Shown: positions 1-22,700 of the stretch, piece after piece
Layout of the letters: the number at the start of each line of letters is the position of its first letter
Position numbering within the stretch: the first letter of the stretch is position 1
Assembly (NCBI GenBank): GCA_002104945.1
Contig: MCFH01000036.1
Span: forward strand, 186,001-250,000
Source of the DNA: Piromyces finnis finn
Lineage: Eukaryota; Fungi; Neocallimastigomycota
Reading direction: 5' to 3'
DNA: 64,000 bases
Program-made: the position numbers and the translations under genes
The notes under the pieces: generated by a model
Told to the model about the DNA's origin: nothing
The model's database searches: none
Seen by the model: only the letters and a program-made list of their open reading frames with translations

Positions 1-70
1 TTAAAAGTATATTAGTTTAAATAACTTTTATTTAATAATTTTAATCCTAATATACAACACTACTATTTAC

Positions 71-767
71 ATGAACTTTAATATTATTTGCTTCTACTTT
101 TTCTTTAGGATAAGTGGGTTCACATACTCTAACCAAATTTGTTACTCCATTTTTTTTCATTTCCTATTTTGGATAAATTTATAATTAATTAAAAAATAAA
201 AAAATTTAATATATTTTTAATTCAGGAAAATGTTTTCTTTTTTCTATTTTTTTTTTTAAAAAAAAAAAGGTAATTTTTATATATAAAAAAGAAATTGGAA
301 ATTTGAATTTTTTTTGAACATAGTCATTAGTCATTATTATGTTCATATTTTTTTGAAAAAAGTATTTATACTATAGAAAGGTAGGAAGAAATAAGGAAGG
401 AAAATTAATAGATAAAAGTTGAAATAAAAAAAAAAAAAAAAAAAAAAAACTATTAACCTGTATGTATATATCAAGGTTACTATAAAAGAATATTATTTAA
501 AAATATTGAATTCAATGTTAAAAAGAATAAAAGATTAATCATTTAATTTTTTTTTTCTTTTTTTTTATTTATTTTTAAAAAAAAAAAAAAAAAAAAAATT
601 GCTGGTAATTGTAATAATATTTATTAAATAGTTGTTTATTATTTATCCAAAAAATATATTTTATTAATTATTAACCTTGTTGATGGTGCATCCATAATTA
701 AAAATCTCAATGATTTATATTCAATCAAAGAAGGTGGATTTGGTAAAATAATGTTTTGATTGTACAT
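71..767 (-). CDS. PTP4A1: PRL/PTP4A-family prenylated protein tyrosine phosphatase, 5' part (continues off the left edge of the window)
   Basis: Exons assembled by hand: 767-676, 479-458 (22 nt) and 163-71, all with GT..AG and consistent phases. They give MYNQNIILPNPPSLIEYKSLRFLIMDAPSTSNLDIYIQEMKKNGVTNLVRVCEPTYPKEKVEANNIKVH, matching the PRL N-terminus as recalled (RFLI..P, GVT..VRVCE.TY). The catalytic CX5R motif lies outside the window. The symbol is family-level only. Confidence 0.85.
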
Positions 768-975
768 TGTTAAATATTATAAAAAAAAATCGTCTACTAT
801 TTCAAACTTGAACTTTAATTAAATTTATTTTCTCTTTACAAAAAGAATTAAAATAAAACAAAAAAGAAAAAAACTAAATTTATTTAATTATCTTTTTTTT
901 TTTTCTTCTTCTTCTTATTGTTGTAGTCTTTCTGTATTATTTATTTTTCAAACATTTTTTTATTATATATACTTT

Positions 976-1383
976 TTATTGTTTCATATTTGTAATAAGA
1001 ATTGAAAAATCATTTAAAATGTATTCTTCTTCTTTCCAAGAAACAATAAACTGCTGAAATATATCTTTCTCCTTGAACCACCTTTTTTTTTTTTTTTTTA
1101 ACAGTACTTTTTAAAAAAGAAAAAAAAAAACTTTTAAAAAGATGTTAATAATAATACAAAAAAAAAAAAGTAATATTATAAATATTTAATTATTTACTAT
1201 AATATTTTAAATAATTATAATTAATACCAAACTTTAATTATAAAATAAGAATTATTATTAAAAAAGGTTTATTATTATTTTAAAATAAAAAAAAATTTTT
1301 TTGTTTTATACTTGACAGTTAATAGAAGAAAAAGGAAATAATATAATATTTTTATGGGATCTGAAAGTACTTTTAAAAGTCTT
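976..1383 (-). CDS. Possible small spliced ORF with one hydrophobic helix; 5' exon not found
   Basis: Segments 1383-1312 (donor GTATAA) and 1081-976 (acceptor AAG) join in frame as RLLKVLSDPIKILYYFLFLLLTVKWFKEKDIFQQFIVSWKEEEYILNDFSILITNMKQ*. No in-frame ATG exon was identified. Confidence 0.3.
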
Positions 1384-1709
1384 CTTTTTTATTTATTATT
1401 ACAATATATATACATATATATATTTAAAAAAAATCATATTATGTTTCTATTCTTATGTCACTTTATTATTGTTTTATAAATGATTATTAAGTTTTCATTA
1501 CATGTTTGGTAAAAATGATTAATTAATAAATTAATACTTTGTACATTGAAATATATATATTTAAATTAAATGGAAAATTAATAATTGAGAGAAGGGGAGT
1601 GTTTATCTAAAATATACTATAATGAATAAATGAAATGAAATGATTAAAATTTTTTCAAAAGATGAATGGATAATTAATGAATTAAATTTCTACTTTGATA
1701 TAAAATCTA

Positions 1710-2735
1710 TTATAAAAATTCATTTTCAATTAATTCTTCTATATCATTAATACGCTTTAAATTAATATATGGTTCATTAATCCAACATGAGGTATATAGC
1801 ATTCCTTCCTTTCTATCGTTTATTTTTAGTAAATTGTTAAATATAGTTTTTTTAAGATTTAATTCTGTTGTATACATTTCTACAATTTCATTTAAAATTG
1901 ATGCTATAATTATTTTAAAATAATTAATCAATTATTATATGATAATATAATAAAATAATTTAAATCTATTATGAAATATATATATTCTTTTTTTTTTTAA
2001 CTTACAACAATCCGATAATGTAAATGAAACAAAAATTGGTATTTTATCTAAATATTCAGCTCCTAAATTTGAAACAGCTTCCTCTATAACTTGTTCTAAT
2101 TGTTGTTGAATGATAATCATCTTATTATGTTGATATGCCTATAGTTAATATAAAAAAAAAAAAGTAAAAGAAATTGAAATTTTTATTAAGAAATTTCATT
2201 TTAAAAATTACTGTTTAATTTGATAAAAAAAAAAATAAATAAATTGATAGATACAATTTTGGATAAAAAAGAATTTAATTTTTCTTGTAATGAAGGTAAT
2301 TGAGAAGTGATTTTATCTTGATATTTTGTATTTAAAGAATTAAAATCTTTCAATGTATGACTCCAACTTTGTGGTTGTTTCACATACCTATAAGAAAATA
2401 ATTTAAAGGGTTCATTTTATTTTTTATCAAGTAATTATGATGAAATAAAAGGGAGAAATTAAAAGATGAATATATACGAATACATAGAAAAAAAAAAAGA
2501 TTTTGAAATTTAAATTAGTATGAGATTACATAAATTTTAATTATCCATCTACTAAATTTATATATAGATATAAAAAAAAAAGAGATAGAGAGGATATATA
2601 CAAAAGTTGAAGTACTGTATTAACAATATTACTAGCATGTTTTAAAGAATCCGTATTTAAGGAATCCCAACGTTTTTGACAAGTTTTTAAATCATTAAAT
2701 AATGTTTTAATTGCTCTCTGTGAACTTCGTTTCAT
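1710..2735 (-). CDS. CINP: CINP (CDK2-interacting protein) homologue, 4 exons, 197 aa
   Basis: Exons 2735-2602, 2387-2255, 2138-2006 and 1903-1710 total 594 nt, with GT..AG and in-phase joins. KRWDSLN...ASNIVN and EIVEMYTTELNLKKTI...YTSCWINEPYI resemble human CINP KWETLN...ANNIAN and LLEMYRKELLLKRTV...YLSMWLHQPYV (recalled from memory). Confidence 0.75.
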
Positions 2736-3511
2736 CTCTTTAAATTTTTTTTCTTTGTTATAAATGATAATGGAATATCAACCTAATTGATAAATAATAT
2801 AAAAATACTATTTACAAATTGGATTTACGTTTATTTGTTTAGTTAAAACTTTTAAATGAAACTCTGAAATGGTGCGTGGTCCCTTCACAAAAAAATATTT
2901 TAATTATTGAATTTTTGAACTTTAATAAATAGAATTTGATGTGGTGAATTTATTATTTATTATTTATTATTATTAAAAAAAATTATTAATAAATGATCCA
3001 TTTTTCAATTAAGGGAATAAATTTATTTTTTTTTTTTTTTTTGGTATAAATAAAAAAAAAAACTTTTATAGTTTTCCTTTTTTTATAATAAAAAATAAAA
3101 TAAAATTTGTAAAATCTTAATCTGTAATTAATTAAATAACAAATACTAAATAAAATAAAAGAAAAAAAATAAACTATTATTGGAATTAATAGCTTTTTAA
3201 AGTATATATAACAATAAAAATATAAAAGAATTTTCATGTTTCAATAAGAAATTTGAATTTTGAAATTAATACCTTTAAATACTATACAACTCTATATAGG
3301 ACTATTAATACAAATTGTTAAATTTTTGAAAATTTTATTATTAATATTAATATAATAAATTAAAAAGAAGAAGAAAAAGAAAAAGTGAGTAATTACAAGT
3401 ATCCAATTAATGAAATTTAATCTATAAATTAAAATTTATCATTATATATATGTATAACATGTATATTTTAAAGGCATATTATTTTCAAAGTATATATTTC
3501 ATAATGAAAAG

Positions 3512-14228
<10,717 letters not shown>

Positions 14229-16456
14229 AAGTTCTATTCATTCATATACACCTACTACACATACACCCACCTTCTTTCTCCATCACCACAATAACAATAA
14301 AAATTCAATAATAAATCAAATGTTAATGCATTCTTTTTTATTTTTCTTTTCTTTTCTTTCTTTAATAATTAATAATAATTAATAGTAATAATAAAGTAAA
14401 ATAATAATACTAATAAAATAATCAAGGAAAGGAAAATAAACCTTCCTAATAAATAAATACTACTAATAAAAAAATAAAATAAAATAAAATAAAAATATTA
14501 TATATTATTATTATATAATAAATATATAATAAATATAGAGAGTATTTACTTTTTTTTCATCCTTTTTTTTTTTTTTTTATTTTTAAATAAATAACAATAA
14601 ATATTTGGTTGGGGTATAGTATTTCTAATAATAATAATAATAATAATAATAATATATCACAAGTTGTTTTTTTTTTTTTAATAATGAAACAAAAAAAAAA
14701 AAAAAAAAAAATACTAAATAATACTATTTATTCTTTTCTTTATCATTTATAGGGATCATATTAATTATGATTATATTTTATCTATTTAGTACACCTTTTG
14801 TTATTATATATTTTGTATTGTAGTATTGAATAGTTTATAATAAACTTTTTTTTAAAAAAAAAAAAAAAAAAATAATTAATAATAAAAACTTTGGAATCAA
14901 CGGTTAATACACTTTTAAAAAAAAAAAAAAAGTGATCGACACAAAAATCTTTAAAAAAAATTTTTTTTTTTTTTTTTGATTTTTGATTTTCTTTTATTTT
15001 ACAGCATTTATTATTATTATTATTATTATTAACTATTAATTATTAATTATTTTTCTTTTTTGTTTTGTTTTGTTTTATATGTATATATTTTATGATGTAT
15101 ATATATATATTTTTAAAATATTTCTTTGTTTTGTCGATTAATTTCAAAGAAATATTATTTAATTAATGGTGATTATTTTTTTTTAAAGTTTATATACATT
15201 TTTATTTTATATACTTTAAGGTTTTAATGCGTTTCAACCTCTAGAGATTGTTTTCGTTCATTATTTTTAAAGTTATAATAAAATAAAAGTTGAAAAAGTA
15301 TGGAATGTTTTTTGTCTTTATCGTTTTTTTTTTTTTTTTTTTCATTCTTTTTTTAAAAAAAGAAATAAAATAAAAAAAAAAGTTATTATTATTACGGTTG
15401 TTATCGTTTATAAAGTATTTATCATTCTTTTTTTTCTTAGAAAAAAAAAAAAAAGATGAAACTTTAAAAGTTTCAGAATAATATATAATAAATATAAAAA
15501 CAAAGTTCGTATTAGATCTCTTTTTTTTTTTTAAAACATTTTTTCTATATAACTATTGGTTACCAAAATGATTAATAAAAAAAATAATATTTTTGAATTG
15601 CTTTTTTTTTTGTTTGTTTGTTTGTTTTCCTTATTAACAATTAGAATTTGTTTTTTTTTTTTTGTTTTTTTTTTTTGGTATTGGTATTGGTTTTGTTTTG
15701 TTTTGTTTTGTTTTTTTTGTTTTGTTTTTTTTACTTTAAATAAAAATGAAATGAATAGAATTTGAATTTGTTTATTTTGAGTTTCTATGATTGCTATTAG
15801 TTTTAACCCTTTTTCATTTCATTTTACTTTTCATAACACAAAAGTTATAAAAGGTAAAAACGAACTTTTTTTTTTCAATTTTTTTTTATTTATCTATATT
15901 GAAATATAGATAGTTAAATATTAATTATATATAGATATTTTTTTTTCCTATATAGATTTTCTATAAGGATATATACTTCTTTTTTTTTATACTGTTTAAA
16001 AAAAAAAAGAAAATAAAAAAAAAGAATAAATAAATTACTTTATATAAAAAAAGAAATAAATAAATAGTATGTTTTTTTTTTTTTTGTTTTTGTTTTTTTG
16101 TTTTTTCTGTTTTTTTTTTTTTTTTTTTTTTATAAATAAAACTATAATTAAATAAATAATATTATGGGATATAAGTTAAAAAAAAAATTATAAAAAAAAA
16201 AACTATCTTTTAAAATTAAATTTTAATTCTATTTTTTTTTTTTTTTCTGAATTTAAATAATTAGATATGGAAAGATTAAATTGTATATAATAGATAATGA
16301 TATTATTAATGGGAAGGGTAAAATTTAGGTAACTTTTTTTTTTTTTTTTTGAAAAATGATATTATAATATTTTTTTAAAAAAAAAAAGTAAAACTATAAA
16401 AAATTGGGGTGTATATAAGGTGTTTTTTTTTTTTGTTTGTTTTGTTTTTTTTGTTT

Positions 16457-18111
16457 TTAATTGAATTTAGCAACGCTTTCCTTGAAAGTAGAAATAACTT
16501 TAGCTGGTTCAGGGCTCTTAAAGATAACTGTACCAGAAACAATAACATTAGCACCAGCTTCAGCACATTGATCAATGTTACTAACTAAGATACCACCATC
16601 AACTTCAATATTAAGATTTGGGTATTTTTCACGAAGAGTTTTACACTAGTATTAAAATATAATAAAAAATAAGGATTAATAGAGATAAAATAAAATAATA
16701 TTTATCTATTGATATTATTCAATTTATTCCTTATTGATAAAAAAAATAAAGAAATTTATATTTAGAGAATTTAGTCCATTTCATAACACTTTTTTTTTTT
16801 TTCTAATAATAATTCTCAAAATAACTTTTTCTATTGAGTATGGACCATCCCTTGACTTTTTTTTTTTTTCTAATAATAATTCTCAAAATAACTTTTTCTA
16901 TTGAGTATGGACCATCCCTTGACTTTTTTTTTTTTTTCTAATAATAATTCTCAAAATAACTTTTTCTATTGAGTATGGACCATCCCTTGACTTTTTTTTC
17001 TAATAATAATTCTCAAAATAACTTTTTCCATTGAATATGGTCCATCCCTTGACTTTTTTTTTTTTTATAATTTTCATAATAAATACTAAATAATAAAAAA
17101 GATAAAATAAAATAATATACCTTTAATAAACAACTTTCAATTAAAGATTGACCACCAAAACCTGGTTCAACTGTCATCACCAAAACCATATCAATTTTAT
17201 CGGCGTATGGTAAAACCCATTCAACTGGAGTTTTTGGCTTAATAGCAATACCGACCTTCATACCAGCTTTTTTGATTTTTTCAATAAGAAGACCAGTATT
17301 ATCAACTGTTTTTTTTTTTTTTATGGGGTTGTGTTTTTATTAAAAAAAAAAAAAAAAGTTAATATGAAAATTATCTGAATATTATTTTTTTTAAACAATA
17401 ACAAAAAATGGATACTCTTTTAAAAAGAGTTGAAATAGTTATTGATATTTACTAGAAGCTTCAATATGGAAAGTAAACATATCAGCACCAGCATCAGCAA
17501 AGTCGTCTACCCACTATTTTTTTTTTTTGAATATTTTAAAAAAAATTATTAATATTGAATTTTTTTTTTATTATTTATTTATTTGAATAAACTAGTATAA
17601 ATTGTGGAATTATATCTCTATTTTTCAAATAGTTACTTTTTCTGGTTCAGATACCATAAGGTGACAATCTGTTTAAAATAAAAATTGTAATAATAAGGTT
17701 ATGAATATGAATTTTTTGAAATTTTGAAATCTATTTATAGAAATGTATTATCAAACTGGTTTCTTTTTTTTTTTTTTTATTTTCTTCACTAATTTACCTA
17801 AGAAAGCATGTGGTCTAGTGGCCTTAAAACTTTTAATAACTGGAGCACCAATGGTAATATTTGGTACAAAGTGACTATGAATATTTATTAAAATAGATAT
17901 TATAGTATTATAGTAGTTAATATATTTAATATCTAAATTCTATTAAAAAAAAAAAAAAAAAAAAACTCCAAATTTAAGAGTATAATATTTACCCATCCAT
18001 AACATCCATATGTAACCAGTCAGCACCATTATCTATCATACGTTGACCTTCATTAGATAAGTCAGCAAAGTTAGAAGAAAGCATTGATGGGGAGATTATT
18101 GGAGTAACCAT
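16457..18111 (-). CDS. RPE1: Ribulose-phosphate 3-epimerase, multi-exon
   Basis: Spliced translation contains [60 protein letters not shown] and IEVDGG...[13 protein letters not shown] at 18111, stop at 16457-16459. Confidence 0.95.
16803..17066. repeat. Four-copy minisatellite (~54-bp core plus variable poly-T) inside the last RPE1 intron
   Basis: Unit ctaataataattctcaaaataactttttctattgagtatggaccatcccttgac(t)n starts at ~16803, 16870, 16938 and 17000. The fourth copy has 3 substitutions. Confidence 0.95.
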
Positions 18112-19470
18112 GTTGGAAATCTTTATATATATATAATTATTTATTATTTAAAAAAATAGTTTTTTTAAAAAAAAAAAAAGATAGGTAGGTAGGTAGGTGT
18201 AGGTGTGTGTGTTTATTTCTTTTATTACTTAAAAAAGCAGAGTTTAAAAATAATAATATAGTAGGAAAGCTATATTTTTATTATTAAAATAAAAAAACCT
18301 ATTTTTATATTTTTATAGTGTGTAATAAAAAATAATTTAGTGTGTAATAAAAAATTAATAATAAAAAAAGATATAAAATAAAATTAAGAAAAAAATTATT
18401 TTTATACATTTTAATAATTTAAAATAAAAAAAAATTTAATAATATAATAAATCTAAAATTAATTTTATTGGTGGAAATGTTCATCTATTGAATTAATAAT
18501 AAAAAAAATAAAATAAAAAATAAAATATTCTATATATTATTATTATTATTATTATTATTATGATTATTATTATTATATATCAAAAAAAAAGGTTTCTTTT
18601 TCTTCTTCTAATTATTATTTTATTTTATTTTATTTTCTATATTCCTTAGTACAAATTATAAAAGGAAAAAAAAAAAAAACATAAATAAAAATGTAACACC
18701 ACCATTATTATTAATATTTATTATTAATAATTAATAAAAAAAATTTTTTTTAATTAAATTTTTATATTATTTTTCTCGCGTTTAGTGTAGTTAGCTCTTC
18801 CTACACTTCTTCATTCCAATTGGTTTTTTATGCCTAAAAAAAGTGGGTAATTTTTAACGTTGAACATTCTATGTAAAATGTAGTTTCTCACTCTACATTT
18901 TTAATTTATGTAGTAATTTTATTGGTTGGTGAGTTTCCATAAAAGGAAAATGTGATACAATAACCTAACCCAATTATAATTTAATATAAAAAATTTAGTA
19001 TTCATAATTAATCATCAAAATTATTGATTAGGGTGAAAAGGATGAATTACTATTATTATTAATTAATATGTCAAATTTAATATAAAAATTTAATTAGTTC
19101 TATTGTAAATGTAATATGTAAAAAGCATGCCTCAATCTATCTGATAAATAAAAAAAAAAAGCCTGAAAGGTTAAGGTAATAATTTACTTTTAAAAGTAAA
19201 CGCACCAAACCCAATAAACAAAACAAACAACAACAACAACACGAGCATCAAAAAAAAAAATTTTTTTAATATTGGAAAAAAAAATGTTTCAAAATAAATC
19301 AAATTATAATTAATAAAGTTTTTACCAAAATCAAAAAAAAATCGACGATGGAAAAAAAAATATTAAAAAAAAGGTTGATCATTAAAAGTTTAAAAAATAA
19401 ACAAAAAGAGATGAAAAGGAAAAAAAAAAATTGGAAAAAGGGAAAAACTTTTTAGAAATTGTAAAACTAA

Positions 19471-19525
19471 ACTTGTAGGAACTTGTAGGAACTTGCAGGA
19501 ACCAGTGGGAACTTGTAGGAACTTG
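19471..19525. repeat. 10-bp tandem repeat (ACTTGTAGGA) x5.5
   Basis: acttgtagga acttgtagga acttgcagga accagtggga acttgtagga acttg. Confidence 0.9.
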
Positions 19526-22500
19526 ATAATAAAAAAAAATTCTAGAAATAGAGTAAATCTTTAAATATAGTTTGGAATAGAATGAAATGAAAATAGAAAG
19601 ACGATTGAATACCTATTCATGATGATTGATCTGTTTATTATTATTAAATGGAGTTTCAAGGTCAAATTCATTTTTCTTATTTTATAAAGTTTGTTACTAA
19701 GGAAAATGTTAACTTTATTCATTAATAATTTTAAAACTTGGGCAAAGATTTTCAGTAACACAAAATTTAATATGAAACAAGGAAAAAAAAATTTTTAAAA
19801 AAAAAAGACAAAAAGTTTTTTTTTTTCACGAAATTTTATAGGTCAAAAATCTTTCCGAAAAAAATGTTTCTTTTTTAAAATGAGGGACAAAAAAGACTTT
19901 TTTTATTTTATTGGAAAAAAAGTTTTTTTTTGTTATTGTTGTTGTTATTGTTGTTGTTGCTAATTAAAAAAAATGAAATATATAAAATTAAACCTAATAA
20001 ATGGAATGAGTATAAAGTAATAAATGCGTTATTCTTTTTTCTTTTTAAAATAGATTGAATACATTGAGTACTTTTCTATTCTATTCTATTCTATTACTTT
20101 ATTCTATTACTTTTTATTATATTATATTTCTATTCTATTACTTTCAATTCTATTCTATTACTTTATTATATTACTTTCAATCGTATTATATTACTTTATT
20201 ATATTACTTTTTATTGTATTATATTACTTTATTCTATTAATTTATTCTATTACGTTTTATTCTATTCTATTAAAGTTGTTTACATTGTTTAATTACAAAT
20301 CTTTACATTTACATTTACTTTCTCTATTCTTGCCAATAAACATCCTACAATTCTTTTTTAATTCATAACAATTATTTGTTACGTATTGGGTACACATGGA
20401 AAATAAATAAATAAAAAAAAAGGAACAACAGTTATCATTAAAAAAAATGTTTATTTGTGGGAGTCATCCTTTTGGAAAATTTTCAAAGGAAAAATAAAAA
20501 TTAAAAAAATCCATGTCAATATCCCTTTTATTTCTTTATATTTCTCTACTCTTTTTTTTTTTTTTTCAAATGAGGGCGCACTTATAAAGAAAGGAATTTA
20601 TAAAATAAATATTAGTGGTGGTGGTGGTGGTGATGGTGATGGTGATGGTGATGGAGGATAAACTTTATTTCATAAGTGATACATTTTTAAATATAAAAAT
20701 ATATTCTATTTAAATATACTGATTTTTATTGGTCCTATAAAGTTCTATATACAAACCTATCTTTTATTTTTGTATTATTGGCTGTTGGCTAAAACCTACT
20801 AATCATTGACTATTATTGAGCCAATAATAAAAAGGAATAGTTTGTTTAATGTGTGTGTTTGAAATAAAATAAAATAATAAATATTGATAGATAGTCATAT
20901 AGACATATATAGACATATAGAGAGGGTTTATCTAGTTCAATAACTGTAAAATTTACAATGAAATACAATGAAATACAATGAAAATAGTTTTTCTTTTTAT
21001 AGAGTTTTATCATTAAAGAATGATTTATACATTTATTTTTCCTTGTTTTTTTTTTTTTTTTTTTTTTTGTTCCTTCCTTCCTTCCTCTCTTTTCACTTTC
21101 CTTCTTCCTTTAATTCAAGAATAATGTATACATACATGGGAAGAAGAAAGCATAAATGAATGTAAATGGAAAATTTAAATTTATGCGGTCTTTTTTTTTT
21201 TCAATAGAATTAAAAAAACAATCAACACCAACCAATAGTTTTCATTCTTATTATGGAATTTTTTTTTTTTTTCCAACTCTAATTCACTCTAAAAAAAAAA
21301 AAGGGCTTATATTGATCACCACGCTTATTATTAATAGACTGTTAATAAAGAATAGCGTGTTGGAATAAAAAAGAAAAAAAATAATTACAAAGTATATTAG
21401 TATATTAGTATATTATTTCATAGATTATAGAATAATGTTATTATAATAAAAACCATTTATAAAGAATAGAACATTTATTATAAAGTTTTATAGGTTATTT
21501 GTTTGACACATTTTTTACTATTATTACTCAATGAAAAAAGGATTATCCCAACTTTATTTTTTATTTTTTTTTTCCTTTTAAAACAATAATTTATTATTAT
21601 ATGGGGAATAATAGTGTAAATCTATTATTGAATTTATATTAATATACCAACCAATTAATTTTAAATCTTTTTCAATGGGATGATCCTTCCCATTTTGAAA
21701 AATAATTTTATTTATTAAAAAAATTTTAATTAATATTATTTCTTTATTTCATTCATGATATGTTCCATTATAGTATGCACCACCACCACCACCACCACCA
21801 AAACATAAAAAATGTTTTACCATGTGATATAAAACATAAATAAATGGGAAACAGAGTAAAAAAAAAAATGGAATTAACCCTACAAAAATTAAAAAGGTTA
21901 AAGAATATTAATGTATTCTCTACATACTCTCTTGATTTTTATTAGGATATTGATATTTTTGGAGGGTGATAAAAAATATTTATTAAACCATCGCTCATTA
22001 TAAATCAGTACTAAAAAAAAAATGAATAGCTTTGTTTTATAAGAATAAGAATTAATGGAATGCTATTTTATAAAATACTTTTGTTTTTATGGTGATGATG
22101 ATGGGTTAGGGAAAGTGTTAAACTACTTTAAGAATTAAAGTAAACATTTATATAGCGTAAAAGTTTGATTAAATATATATATTACAATATTACATATAGG
22201 AGAATATACCTTTTAAAACTTTATTTAAAAAAAATGAACCATTATGATGAAATAAAAATGCACTTTTTTAAAGATTTATACCTGCCTATTATAGTTATTA
22301 TAGTGGTATTTACTTATTATTAAATTTAATTGAAACAGACAACAACACTCAAAAATTTAAAGAAGGATAATAGTATTTTCTTTTCTTGTGATACAAAAAA
22401 TTAAAACATTAATAACATCTTTATTTATATTCCTCGGTTATTGGTAAGAACTGTAAGAACTGTAAGAACTAGTGAAAAAAAAAAAAAAAAATTTAGAGAT

Positions 22501-22539
22501 TTTTTTGGGATATTCTAAATTTTGGAACATTTAATTTAT

Positions 22540-22700
22540 TATTGGCTGGACCTTTGAGAGACTTGAACCTACTGGAAAATAATTTTGGAAAACAAAACTA
22601 TCAAATTTCCTATTTTATGGGAGACTTCTTGGGAAAATAAAAATATTAATATTGGTATGGACTTGATATTCTGTCCGTTTGATATTTGATATAGACAATT
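22540..22700 (+). pseudogene. Possible highly decayed Tc1/IS630-like transposase fragment
   Basis: gacttgaacctactggaaaataattttggaaa reads DLNLLEN..WK across a frameshift, resembling the SPDLNPIENxW motif. No TIRs and no other catalytic motifs were found. Confidence 0.2.

Noticed and set aside
729-750. Plus-strand EGGFGK resembling a kinase Gly-rich loop
   Set aside because: It is the antisense of PRL exon 1 (LPNPPSL) and is followed at once by a stop.
16803-17066. CRISPR-like appearance of the 4-copy repeat
   Set aside because: The spacers are only poly-T of variable length, there are no cas genes, and the context is a eukaryotic intron.
18775-18830. tRNA-like start gcgtttagtgtagttag
   Set aside because: No T-loop GTTCRA, no acceptor-stem complement, and it cannot fold as a cloverleaf.
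19027-19034. Isolated TTAGGG hexamers (also ~42760)
   Set aside because: Single copies, expected by chance; no telomeric array.
22091-22270. Box C-like TGATGA motifs (also 24283, 36181, 42292, 46703)
   Set aside because: No box D CTGA at a suitable distance and no terminal stem.
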